Positions 25,181 through 37,647 of a stretch of DNA of 64,000 bases are shown piece after piece (positions within the stretch are counted from its first letter, which is position 1; the number at the start of each line of letters is the position of its first letter). Below the pieces are notes generated by a model. That model worked only from the letters and a program-made list of their open reading frames with translations. It had not been told where the DNA came from and did not search any database. The position numbers were made by a program, and so were the translations under genes. The stretch is from positions 12,400,001-12,464,000 of the forward strand of contig NC_042998.1 in NCBI RefSeq assembly GCF_006345805.1, read 5' to 3'. This DNA is from Octopus sinensis (taxonomy: Eukaryota).

Positions 25181-27246
25181 ACGCACAGCTACCTTGAAGC
25201 TAGTTAATATTTCCTCCATATTACAACGCCGTTATTAGACCCGCTAGTTCTTCAAATTCTGCCGACTATATTTATCTCGACTGAGATATTTTTGCAGCTA
25301 TCGATTGATCATAAAAAAAAAATATCAGTGTCCATAAAAATATGAATCACTAAGCTTGCAACTGCTTTTTCGCTATCATATTGACTTGTCTAACTAGGTT
25401 AATCGAAGGGAAAATATGATCCATTCAAAACTTCGATGTCATTGCTTCTATTGTTGCCGGGCCATCGGGTCATTCATGGTTGAGCTGATCAATGAGCATT
25501 GCGTTGCAGTCAAACCCATTCTGTCTCAAATAGAGCAACAATACAATCCACCATGGCCTAAGATCTTAGGTGCGATCTAGTGGAGATTCTTACAAGTCAT
25601 ATATTAGAATTAGATTGCTTGTAGCGTATGATTCATCTATAGCCTTCGTTCTGGAATTAGGCCTGAATCGATAAATGTGTACCAAATACTTTTCTCTGTA
25701 AATATATTTGATTTTTACGGACCGTTAACTTTAATGTTATTTAGATATAGAATATGCATATAATCCATTACCTTTATGTGAGAGAAAGTGTTCACCTAAC
25801 TTTGGATTGTTTCTCAATATCAAAATGCCGATAAAGTTTCTGCAGAAAACGCAGGTGCTAGCCAATCATCCTTCCGGCTGCTGTTTGTTTGGATGATGAA
25901 TGATGACATGCAAATTATATTTCAATGCATCTGAAGTGAACAAGTAGGAGGATAAAACTAAATATTTCAAAATTTTTCTGCAGTGTTATAACATTTACTA
26001 CACTGTCTGAACGACAGATTAAACCTAGAAATAGGAAAATTAAATAATTTGCCTCAACTGGGACTCGATCTCGCTAAATCATCTTAATTTCGGATATAAC
26101 TTCGACATTAATTTGTCTACTTTTTCATTTTTGCTTATATATATTATCTAATGTTCACAATTCTATTCGTTGACTAGAAGTGTATTGTAGCTTTATGCTG
26201 TATATAATATACACAAGAGAGTGGCAACGGTCATGGTTAGAACTATATAATAATAAAAGACTGTTTTAAGAGACCCCTCAGACAAAACAACTTGAAAGCT
26301 AAAATCCTCAAGAGATAGATTAACCTCCGATTCATCTTAAATCAGGCAACCGAGACCATAAGCTCGAATAGTGAATACAGCCAATTCAATAAACGAACGA
26401 TAATAATATTAGGCAGTAGAATAATACTTTCTTTACAATAGGTTTGTCAGTTGGTCTATTCAGTCGTTGTAGAATCTTCGCCAGATCTGCACACCTTTTT
26501 TTTTATAATTGCAATAATTCTAAGTTTAGTCGACAAGTAACTATTTCGTCAGTATATTCTGCTGCCCAAACAAAAAATAATATGAATAACATACTAAAAC
26601 TATTCATCTTAAAATGAGAATAGAGTTATTCGGATTAGAGTGGTGATGAAAATAACAAAAACAAAACACAAACAAACAAACGAAAACCAAACAAAAAAAA
26701 ATGAGCAGTAACCAACTAAAAATTATATTGTATCAATACAACAGTTCCATTATCACCGAAATAGTACAATCTCTTTTAAACTCAACACAAACCTCTGTTC
26801 GGGTTATGCTCAAGGGGTGGCTGAGGTAGGAATTTTTGTTTATTCATCGCATCCATTTGCAGTTAACCAATTTTCAGTGATATTTTAAATAGATGAAAAG
26901 AACAGCAAACACATGACATAATTATGGTGATGGCGGCAAGTGTTATAATGTAATTAAAAAGGAGTATACAAAGCTTTTGAAGTAAAATATACACAAATAT
27001 GAACGAGAATGGCAAAACAGTATAAAAGGAAGAAAGTCACACAGAGAAAGCAGCATAAAAGAAATACGTTTCGAATTTCGACACATAATATTTGTTCACG
27101 AAAATCTAATTATATTAAATAACACCCGTGTTTGTGTTGTTATTGCATGTGCGACACAAACCGATACACACATACCCAAAGACACAACCGCCCTCCGTAA
27201 AAGCATATGTATATATATATACATACATACATAGATAATTACAGGT

Positions 27247-27277
<31 letters not shown>

Positions 27278-27416
27278 AACATATATACATATATATGTAT
27301 ATATATAGCATATATATTATATAGATATATTTATGCATATAAATTCATTCATACATACATACATACACATATGAATATAGAAATACACACAGACACATGC
27401 ACACGCATATATAATA

Positions 27417-27497
<81 letters not shown>

Positions 27498-27984
27498 CTT
27501 ATGTATATATTATGTATGTACCTATCTAACATTCTATCTATATAATATATATATATATATACATACATAACTATACATAGTTCATGCGTATTATATACAT
27601 ACATACACACATATGGAATAATAAAGTAACTTCATATATTTGCATTTACACTTATAAACCTTTAATAAACATACACTCACATACTACACACACACTCATA
27701 CACACACACACACACACACATACATATATACATACATACATATATACACATAAGCAACAACGAAAACTTTCAACCGTTTAGTTTTCGATCAGCTAATAAT
27801 CGGTGGACGACACTTTAGGAAAAATATCAATAAATGACATATTAAGCGTAACCGGAAAATTGTAGATATTTCTGGTATACAAGATACTAAGAAAAAGTAT
27901 AAAACTACCGAATGTTGCATTTGTAATGAATATTGCAGTGTTATAAGTTATGCATAACATATCATAAGTGACGAAAACTCTTTT

Positions 27985-28223
27985 TTTTATTCTTTTTTAA
28001 AATTCTTTTATTTGTTTCAGTCATTTTGGCTTGCGGCCATGCCGGAACATCGCATTTAGTCGAGCAAATCAACCCCAGAACTTATTCTTTGTAAACCTAG
28101 AACTTAGTCTATCGGTCTCTTTTGCCGAACCGCTAAGTTACGGGGGCGTAAACATACTGACATCGGCTGTGAAGTGATGGTGGGGCGACAAACACAGACA
28201 CACAAATATATATATATACATAT

Positions 28224-28294
<71 letters not shown>

Positions 28295-28324
28295 TATATA
28301 TATATTATATATATTATATATATA

Positions 28325-28366
<42 letters not shown>

Positions 28367-28375
28367 TATATATAT
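27985..28375 (-). mobile_element. 3' half of SINE family B ending in an expanded (TA)n
   Basis: tttgtttcagtcatt...gcggccatgccgg...cttttgccgaaccgctaagttacggggg...gacaaacacagacacac followed by ~175 bp of (TA)n. Confidence 0.88.
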
Positions 28376-28479
28376 AAACCCTCCTTGCCTTCTTTCCTGT
28401 GCGTCAAATAATACTTAATTGTTCCACGTCCTTGCGTTGCTGTGTTTATTTCTGTGTTTTCTTGTTTGGATTAACTAAC

Positions 28480-28484
28480 TATAT

Positions 28485-28574
<90 letters not shown>

Positions 28575-28651
28575 TAGCCTATTTGAGATTACATGGACCG
28601 TTAAAACGGATTGATCTTTTGCGTCTTACTAATCTGAATAAAGTATACCAA

Positions 28652-28689
<38 letters not shown>

Positions 28690-28800
28690 CCTATCTATCT
28701 ATCTATCTATATCTATCTATCTGTCTGTCTCTGTTTCTTTCTCTCTCTGTCTCTCTCTCTCTCCTCTCTTTCTCTCTCTCTACACACACACACATTCACA
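28480..28800. repeat. (TA)n, (TATC)n, (TC)n and (CA)n cluster
   Basis: Read directly. Confidence 0.95.
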
Positions 28801-28929
28801 CACAAGCGTTTCATTAAATACATGACTATGATCAAGGTTTAGCTTTTTGTACTAGATATTTCGTATTAACTTATTAGCTAATATTTCAGTTGGTTTCGAT
28901 CTATAGTATTCCTAAATTCATATTCATCA

Positions 28930-29250
28930 TTTCCAGAAATTCACAGTCGTATCTCCAAGAACTAAATGTATATTACGTATGTATTGTTTCTTATATACTG
29001 ATTAATTTGTGTAGACTTTCTTGACGTAAGTTTATTTTTTTGACCGTGAGCTTCCTGCATCTGCAATCACTTGTTGGTTTATGTCGTGGTTGAAATTTGA
29101 CAATTAGGTTTTATATTTATGTCAGTAGCCATGTGTTAAGTTTTTGATATGGTTGTGTTTTAGCATTGACATTGGAATGCAATGAATATGGTTTTCATAA
29201 TGAGTTTTCTATTTTTGTGTGGAATTTTATAATTGAATTTGAAATCGCCT
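28930..29250 (-). pseudogene. Possible eroded PLE GIY-YIG endonuclease remnant
   Basis: Reverse strand ...GY*HKYKT*LSNFNHD...STQINQYIRNNTYVIYI*FLE loosely follows the PLE GIY-YIG layout. Many stops. Confidence 0.25.
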
Positions 29251-29528
29251 ACCGTGTGGCTTATAATACGAACTACCGAGGATATGTGATAATTACATTT
29301 ACAGAGCAAATATCGATAACAATTTCATAGACTATATAGTAGGATTGGAATCCTGGAACATATGCGTACGCCTGATGACGAAAATACATGTACAATTATT
29401 ATATAAGCGAAAGTATATCCACACACATACCAACATGGAAGCACTCGCTAAGTTACTGAAATACTCACAAATATAAAGGAGCAATTGTCATTTACACAGA
29501 CAAGGTTAAAGATCCTGCTGGGCCAACT

Positions 29529-29835
29529 TCGCAATGGCTCTGTGGTTAGGGCAGCGGACTCGCGGTCGGAAGATCGCGGTTTCGTTTCCCAGACCGGGCG
29601 TTGTGTGTGTTTATCAAGCGAAAACACCTAAAAGCTCCACGATGCTCCGGCAGGAGGTGGTGGTAACCCCTGTTGTACTCTTTTGTCCCAACTTTCCCAT
29701 ACTCTTTCTTCCTGTTTCTTGAGTAACGCTGCGATGGACTGGCGTCCCGTCCAGCTGGGGGGAACGCATACGCCATAGAAACTGGGAAACCGGACCCATG
29801 AACCTGACTAGGCTTGAAAAGGGCGCATAAAAAAA
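29529..29835 (+). mobile_element. tRNA-derived SINE family C2 (same head as C1, different tail)
   Basis: cgcaatggctctgtggttagggcagcggactcgcggtcgg...aaaacacctaaaagctccacg...cttcctgtttct is shared with C1. It then diverges to gagtaacgctgcgatggactggcgtcccgtccag...gggcgcataaaaaaaa. Confidence 0.88.
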
Positions 29836-31404
29836 AGACCAACTTCACAATCCACTTTTATTTCTCCTTGGAACGGATCTAGTTTTTTTATTCAGTTGAG
29901 TAGTTCACGAACTTGGCAAAATATACGCTTGAAATATATTTCAAATTTGTACTTGAAAAACAAATTGTCATAAGTATAAAGAACTTAGCAATACTGCAAA
30001 TATATTAATAGTTACAGCGTAAAAAAATATGAGTAAAGGATAGTGTCTTATTACAGTTGGTTGTCTGGAGAGACAGTCTAGTACAGGATGATAAACAGAC
30101 AAAGCACAAGGTGTAAAATAACGTATAAAACAGCTAATAAAATAAACCATGCTTTTCGTGTCAGTTTCACATTATATTACTGCAGCATGTAAAACTGTTC
30201 AATATATCAAGAAAACAAAAAACCTGATACAGTGGATTATAATAAATAAATATTCAATTATAGCAAATTACTATCTTTATTAAATCTAATCAGAAAAAAT
30301 ATAGTCAGTCTAGAAATGAGAAGGTTATTTTTTGTACGTCTAACTGTGAGGTATATTTAGTTTCTCATTCGCAGAATATCAGCAGATAAATAACGAGGTG
30401 AAGACTTTTTTTTTTTTTTTCTGAAGCAGCAAAGCGTCAAGAAATTGTATTTTAGTGACTTGGTGTGTGCCTATTTGTCGTATGTAACGGTGTGTGCTTA
30501 TATGTCGTATGTGTGGGTGTATATGTAAATACTCTTACAAAATAAGTGTTTTGTGCGTGTGTCAATATGTGTACTGGTACACGTGTGCCAATGTGCGTGT
30601 GTGCGTGTATCAATGTGTGTACTGGTACTACTTATTAACTTGTGTATACAATATATACAATTTACGATGTAAATTTGTTCGGTCCAGGAAGCTTGAATGC
30701 ACAATGGTTGTAAAAATATAGAATACTTCACTGTGCCGCTTTATTCGCCCATCTGTGTCTTTGATGGCAAGTCATTAATTAGACAATATTTATGTTAAAT
30801 AAAATACAACGTAACTGAAAAGAAGAGAAACAAATTTAAATATTATTGTGCTTCACTTTCGGTTAAATAAGATTCTAAAATCATTTCTGCTATGCTACTG
30901 ATGTGTGGGAAAATTCGGGAGTCTCATGGTGGCACTTTTCACGGTTTGTTGAACACTTCTGAGAGAAAACGTACCAGACATCCTGTTCCAATCAATAGCA
31001 CAAATCATTTGTTATATAAGGTACACCTTACATAAGTAAACATACAGAGTATAGCTTAATTTGCATTTTGGGGGTTTTGACATCTCTGTATTAATTATGA
31101 AATAGCCATTTTACACATAACTGCGAGAAAAAGAGACAATCATATAAATATGAAAATTAGGCTATCCACAACTTTCCTAGTCAAGTTGATAAGCGTTTTG
31201 CATAGCAGATGATCTATGATGTTGATTTGTGAAGTATTCCAAATATATTTCTTTTAGGAGGAAACATCGAAATGGAAACGATCCGACAGGAGTCTTCATC
31301 TTTGTTTCGCATATAAACACCAATGAAATGATATTGCTTAAACAGTAACAAGCTCTCAAAATCAGGTATCTAGTCTACCCACGCAAGGCTGGCCGAGTTA
31401 ATAA

Positions 31405-31777
31405 CGACAACGCCCGCCCTCATATCGCCAATATGACCAAGGAAGCCATTCAAACGCATGGCTGGGAAGTTCTGCCACACCCGCCGTACTCTCCTGATTT
31501 GGCGCCAACGGATTTCCACCTTTTTCGATCTCTCTCGAATGCTATGCGCGGAGTTTCGTTCAATACTGATGCAGTATTGAGAGCTTGGTTGGTTCAATTT
31601 TTCGAGTCGCAATCGGGTGATTTCTACCAACGAGGTACTGAAAACCTTGTTGAACGTTGGGAAGAAGTTGTAAACAACAAGGACGAATACATTATTGATT
31701 AATTAGTTATTATTTTTTATTAAACCTCTTAAAAAATTTAGATTTAAAAAACGGTGGGAACTTAGTTGCCAACCCAA
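31405..31777 (+). mobile_element. Mariner (D,D34D) 3' fragment with right TIR, mellifera-subfamily-like
   Basis: (N)DNARPHIANMTKEAIQTHGWEVLPHPPYSPDLAPTDFHLF...ERWEEVV...YIID*. Ends aacggtgggaacttagttgccaacccaa|TA, whose reverse complement TTGGGTTGGCAACTAAG resembles mellifera-type ITRs (recall). Confidence 0.92.
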
Positions 31778-31969
31778 TATATATCAGATCATTAAGAATG
31801 AAATGTGCGATTTTCTTATTCACCAAGTTTGTCAGTCGTTAGCTCTAATGTTTTATCCTGACAATTCTTTGTTTTACAACATTGAAGAGTTACATTATCA
31901 CTTTTCGAAATGCAATTCATGGTGTTTGATTATATCGTGCGTTTTCTCTTGTAAAACAATTTTTGTGAG

Positions 31970-32950
31970 TCCACGGATAGATCAGACATTCGTGCTGTTT
32001 ATGAATGAGTCCCATCGTAAAACCAATGCATCCGAGACATCATGAGACATCTGTGAGGTGTTTGGTGAAGATGTGGTGACTGAGCGCACTGTACGTCGAT
32101 GGTTTGAAAAGTTCCGGTCTGGTGACGTTATTCTTCGAAATCATCCTCGAGATAGATCTGAAATCAAGGTGGATAAAGATGAGCTGGACACTGCAGTGGA
32201 AGCGGAAACATCTCAAACTACGTGTGAGCTAGCTGCAAGGTTTGATGTTTCGATTCCAACTGTATTGGACCATCTGAAACAAATCGGCAAGGTAAAGGAG
32301 TTGGACAAGTGTGTACCACACGAACTGAACAAGCATCAAATGACATGTCTTGAAACCTGCTGTTCTTTGCTGTCACGACATTAAAGCAAACCATTTCTGC
32401 ATCATATTGAGATATGTGATGAAAAATGGATTCTTTTCAATAATAGCAAATATTCTGCACGGTTGTTGGATAGAGACGAAATGCCAAAACACAATCCAAA
32501 AAAGAATATTCACCATAAAAAAGCTAATGCTGTCTGTTTGGTGGTCTGGCGCTGGTGTCATCCACTACAGCTTCATGAGACCTGGTAAGTCAATTATAGC
32601 GGATTTATACATCAACCAATTGTATGAAATGATGACTGAAATTGGAGTTAAACAACCGGGATTGGTCAATAGAGACAAGCCAATTCTCATGCAAGACACT
32701 GCTGGACCACATGTTGCACAAAGTAAGCTACTCAAGTTACAAGAACTGAAATGGGAAGTAATCTGTCATCCACCATATTCACCAACCATGACTATCACGT
32801 TTTCCAGGCATTAGACAACGTATTTCAAGGAAAAAACTTCAAATCTGAAGACGATGCAAATACAGCCTATCTTGCTCTCCATAATTCTTCGCTACCGGCA
32901 TAAATAAGCTATCGATAAAATGGCAAAATTGTGTTGATAATTTAGGTGCA
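31970..32950 (+). pseudogene. Near full-length degenerate mariner transposase, Hsmar1/cecropia-like
   Basis: Contains ERTVRRWFEKFRSGD, VLDHLKQIGKVKELDKCVPHEL (WVPHEL), ICDEKWILF, KKLMLSVWWSGAGVIHYSF, PILMQDTAGPHVAQ and HPPYSP. Several stops and frameshifts. Confidence 0.93.
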
Positions 32951-32969
32951 TAGCCCTTATTTATAAGTT

Positions 32970-33015
<46 letters not shown>

Positions 33016-33095
33016 GTCGAAATTGACGATTTAAAAGTCTGTTATCAGCATATTGGCATAGAAATAACTTTCTTTAGCCCTTATTTATAAGTTGG

Positions 33096-33145
<50 letters not shown>

Positions 33146-33202
33146 AAATGATTTCTATGCCAATATGCTGATAACAGACTTTTAAATCGTCAATTTCCAC
33201 AT
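32951..33202. repeat. Direct plus inverted duplication A-(TA)n-B-A-(TA)n-B'
   Basis: A = tagcccttatttataagttggt at 32951 and 33075. B (33013-33066) is the reverse complement of 33151-33202 with about 1-2 mismatches. Confidence 0.93.
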
Positions 33203-34439
33203 ATCATTTACTCGCTACAGAAAACACGTAGAGCTGAAATCGAGGAAAGCTAGCCAACAGAATTTAAAAAAAAAGTTCGTTATTTCTATATTGAATCAAT
33301 TTCGGAATTAATCTTATAATAGGTGTTAGTAGTATAAAGTATATATACTAATTTATTCTAGTATAAAGTGTATATACTAATATAGTAGTATATATTCTAC
33401 TATATTAGTAGTATATATATGTATATATATATATATATATATGTACGTATGTATGTGTGTGTGTGTGTGTCTAGAAGTGTTTGCATCATTTGAAATCTCT
33501 TTAGAAATTAATCGAATCTTTTATATTTGTCTGCGAAATGATGTATCGAAGTTCTTGTGTATATATCATGATCATATAATTTAAATAGATTTTAAGATTA
33601 GTTTTCTGTTTCTTTAATTGAATGTTACCTATAACCTATTGACCTTTTTATTTTGCCTTTCATAATAAGCTAAATTTGTTCGAACTGTCTTTATTTCTGG
33701 TCGCACTTCAATCTTCTTTTACACCAGGGGAATCGACTGAACGAAATATATTAATGTTTATCTTGAAATGAGGGTCAATTTATTAGTGAAAACTATTTAT
33801 TTTACACTATAAAGTATTTATTTATAAGAAAATGTAAATAAGTCTACACTACTGGGATTTAAATTTTATTACAATATAACAATAAACGAAACGTACTAAT
33901 ACCTAATTGAACAAGTGAAATTTAACCTACGTATATACATATAACCTATGTATTCCATGCGGTATTTGAAGATACAAACGATGGTCTCGGATTAATTTTG
34001 TTGCATTCATGCATTATTTAATTATTTTTCTTTTTCTTGTGTCCTTTTCCAAAATATTTGCACAAATATTTGTAGTCAAAAGCATGAACCGATTCATTTA
34101 TTTGCTATTATAAATTGACTTTACTTGTGTGTCTCATTCCGTTACTGTTTGCACACGTAACACTGATACTTATTTACTTTTATGAAGAGACATAGACGAG
34201 AAAATACTCTCAGCTCTTGATTCATGTGTTCAAATCTGCAGCAAATTGGTTACAACTTAGGCTATGCCATCGCCCGATCGCGAGTATAACCCACAAATTT
34301 TTACCCCACATTCGCTAATAGTTTTCGGTGCGTCTTTTATCGCGTGGCGACTTTCGTTCCTATTCCAGTTTGGCCAGAGGAATATCGAGGATGTGCTGCT
34401 AGAGATGGACGATGCCCCAATAGTCAGCTGGTATTCGTT

Positions 34440-34660
34440 AGCTAGAATCGTTAGCACGCCGGGCGAAATGCGTAGCCGTATTTCGTCTGTCGTTACGTTC
34501 TGAGTTCAAATTCCGCCGAGGTCGACTTTGCCTTTCATCCTTTCGGGGTCGATAAATTAAGTACCAGTTACGCACTGGGGTCGATGTAATCGACTTAATC
34601 CGTTTGTCTGTCCTTCTTTGTCCCCTCTGTGTTTAGCCCCTTGTGGGTAGTAGAGAAATA
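34440..34660 (+). mobile_element. SINE family A (slightly 5'-truncated), TSD ggtattc
   Basis: ggtattc occurs at 34430-34436 and 34661-34667. Body matches family A. Confidence 0.92.
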
Positions 34661-34849
34661 GGTATTCACTTTCAACTGAATCGACTACGGCAATGCGAAA
34701 CGAAATGCCTTCTTCAAGGACAGAATGTGCCCCCTTTTTATATAAAAAAAAATCTACTACCTTATCGATTATGAGACTAATACTCTAACCAGTTGGCTCC
34801 ATGGATTCATGCAGTAAGTATAGTCAATATGTATAGGATTATGGACAGA

Positions 34850-35250
34850 GGCGCAGGAGTAACTGTGTGGTAAGTAGCTTACTAACCAACCACATGGTTC
34901 CGGGTTCAGTCCTACTGCGTGGCATCTTGGGCAAGTGTCTTTTGCTATAGCCTCGGGCTGACCAATGCCTTGTGAGTGGATTTGGTAGACGGAAACTGAA
35001 AGAAGCCTGTCGTATATATGTATATATATATATGTATGTGTGTGTGTTTGTGTGTCTGTGTTTGTCCTCCTAGCATTGCTTGTCCCGGGGTCGATTTGCT
35101 CGACTAAAGGTGGTGCTCCAGCATGGGGGTCGATTTGCTTGACTAAAGGCGGTGCTCCAGCATGGGGGTCGATTTGCTCGACTAAAGGCGGTGCTCCAGC
35201 ATGGCCGCAGTCAAATGACTGAAACAAGTAAACGAGTAAAAGAGAGAGAG
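34850..35250 (+). mobile_element. SINE family B variant with internal deletion and a 39 bp triplication
   Basis: Jumps from gcattgcttg to tcccgggg, lacking the segment present in the 57001 copy. ggggtcgatttgctcgactaaaggcggtgctccagcatg occurs three times at 35087-35203. Confidence 0.92.
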
Positions 35251-37124
35251 GATTTTATTCTACACTGGTGAAAGGCAGGGATTTTAAATCTCAGTAACAA
35301 GTGAAAGGATTAATTTATTCTTAACACATTCTTCAAGACTGATACTTGTGTAAGACCCCTTATCAAGAAAGGTAGACGTTTCACTTTTCCTTATGATGTG
35401 GAAATGTAAATTTTGCTTTTTTTTCATTAATAAAACATAAACTTGATATCAAAACAAATACCAATTTATGTAGATTTATGTATAGGGAAATATACTTAAT
35501 TGTAAAATAATATAGGTTGAAAATGATATCAATTATGACACAGACAGAAAATTTTTACATGACCTTCAGGAATGTGTGATAAACACGTCATTTTATCCTA
35601 GTTACTCTAAAGTGATTAACTTATCGATCACCCGCATGCTTCTCAATCGATTTTTAAAATCCAGTTTCTTCCGATTCAAGCTACTCTTGGTCAGATTGCA
35701 TTTCTGTTTTTGTTTTGAAATGTAAAAACTAAATTTTCTAGAAACTCATGAAAGAAAGAGACTCCCCACCACCACATTACTGAACTCAAACATTCAATCT
35801 GGCCTAGAAGAGGGAGATTTGTAACGTACTGGTGGATGGCGGTGGATGGTAAAATCTCCGTATTTTGTTATTCGGTACCCGTGATTTAGAACTGTCAATA
35901 TGTTAGTCATCACTGAACTCTTGTCAGGTCCTCATCAATGAGGATTTTCTATAGAATCCAGCGGAACTTACCGAAATCAGAGAATACAAATCTGTGACCG
36001 GAATGCAAGTCAGTTTCAATCATGCAAGCATTTCACCAGTTCTGGGTAAAGTAGACCACATCTAATTTTATAAAAGCTTTGGACAACGTCTTTATATGCT
36101 GCAGCCCCGTCTACAAACATCTCGGTGACACCTAGTGGAAAGTATAACATTAAAGATCGCTTGGTGCCCTGGAAGATAACGAATTTCTCTGAATCAGGGT
36201 TTTATTTAGGATATGTGAAGGACGCCTATAGTGTTACGGGACTACAGTGGATATATTCGAACTTCAACTTTTCTTCACCAACTTGATTCAGTGAGCTCAG
36301 ACCTTGAGGGCAGCTAAAGACTACATTACCTCATAACCTTTTCGTTTCGAAGTGACAAGCTGCATCTTGGATGACTGAAAAACTGGTAAAATTGATGTCA
36401 CATACAAGCTTCGTCGCCTTAAAATGTGGAATATCGCAATCTAATAAAATACCTGCTGCTCTTGGATGTGTTTTCCTTTCAAACATAGCGGTGGAAACAT
36501 TCCGCGACCTTGAATCACGCACGATCAGTCAAATTAGTTTGAACACGTTCGATATTACGCAAGGACGATGCTACGCTAGTTGGAAAGACTTTTTCCATGT
36601 GCATAACCCACACCATTCTTAAGGGATAACTTACTGTAATATATCTCATTAGTTTTTCTATGTCCAGAAATGAAAGAATCTGTTTGTTTAATTGTTTTAC
36701 GTATACCATAAACATCGACCATCACCATTCTGAAACACGCCAAGGAAGGATCTAACAGGCTCTAGAACCAACATCTCTCAGCAATCCTACATTTCGTATC
36801 GTCCCAACAAAGTTTTGGCTTAATTAAGGTGACTTTGAAGTTCAATGTGAGGATTAAAATCATCATTAAGAAGAAAGATTATGTTGATTTACATACAATA
36901 CTCGGGTGATATTTTCTATATTTGTCTCTTAAGAGTTGTGCTTTTCTGGAAACGAAAAGGTTGCAATACAATGTAGTTTCGAAACGAAAAGGTTATGATA
37001 CAATGTAGTCTTTTGCTCTCCTCAAAGTTTGAGCCCATTAAATCAAGTTGGTGAAGAAAGCATCGGCGTTGAAGTTCGAAAATACCTACTGTAGTCCCGC
37101 AACACTATAGGCATCCTTCACATA

Positions 37125-37492
37125 TCTCTCTATATATAAACGGCAGTTTGTCTGTGTGTGTTTCTGTGTGTCTGTTAGGTTGTACCCTCACCCTGACCAC
37201 GGCTTTCAACCGATTCTGATGAAACTTGACACACACATAGCCCAATGTCATAATTCAAGACTAACGCAGCGAAAATTTTGAAAAGTTCCCCAGTTCTGAA
37301 AAAAATCGATAAATTCGACATGGGGTCGAGAATCAGAAACACAAACCACAGACTGTCATGGGGACGCAACTCGACCTTTTTAACTAAAAAAATTTACCAT
37401 AATTTTTTTTCCATTTTTTGGCTATAACTCTCTAAAAATGCTTTATAGTTATTTCCCTTACAAACCCGAGCAACGCCGGGCGATACTGCTAG
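37125..37492 (+). mobile_element. Non-autonomous Helitron
   Basis: A|TCTCTCTATATATAAA start, gtctgtgt microsatellite, ccgattctgatgaaactt motif, 3' hairpin CCCGAGCAACGCCGGG and CTAG|T end. No TSD when compared with the empty site in the left arm. Confidence 0.9.
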
Positions 37493-37509
37493 TTCTAAAT
37501 AAAACCCTG

Positions 37510-37647
37510 TGTTGTGTAGACGCCCGCAGACGATGAAGTAGGCGAGCCCAACACGTAGATATAGAGGGAGAAGCCTAGACGTCGGTGAGAAGACTAGAGT
37601 TGAGAGAGTAGTCTTGAGTATAAGACATCCAAACGTGCGACATAACA
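37510..37647. mobile_element. 138 bp solo LTR (TG...CA, 5 bp TSD), BEL/Pao- or TRIM-like
   Basis: TGTTGTGTAG...CGACATAACA forms an imperfect terminal IR. TSD CCCTG at 37505-37509 and 37648-37652. The left arm has a single CCCTG. Confidence 0.78.

Noticed and set aside
29360-29420. CTGATGA…GCGAAAG hammerhead-like motif
   Set aside because: Stems I-III cannot be formed. At best a decayed relic.
35087-35203. 39 bp repeats as a CRISPR-like array
   Set aside because: The units are directly adjacent with no spacers, lie inside a SINE, and there are no cas genes. The context is eukaryotic.
35973-36062. Minus-strand exon with a GTAAGT donor
   Set aside because: Stops in all three frames from the nearest acceptor.
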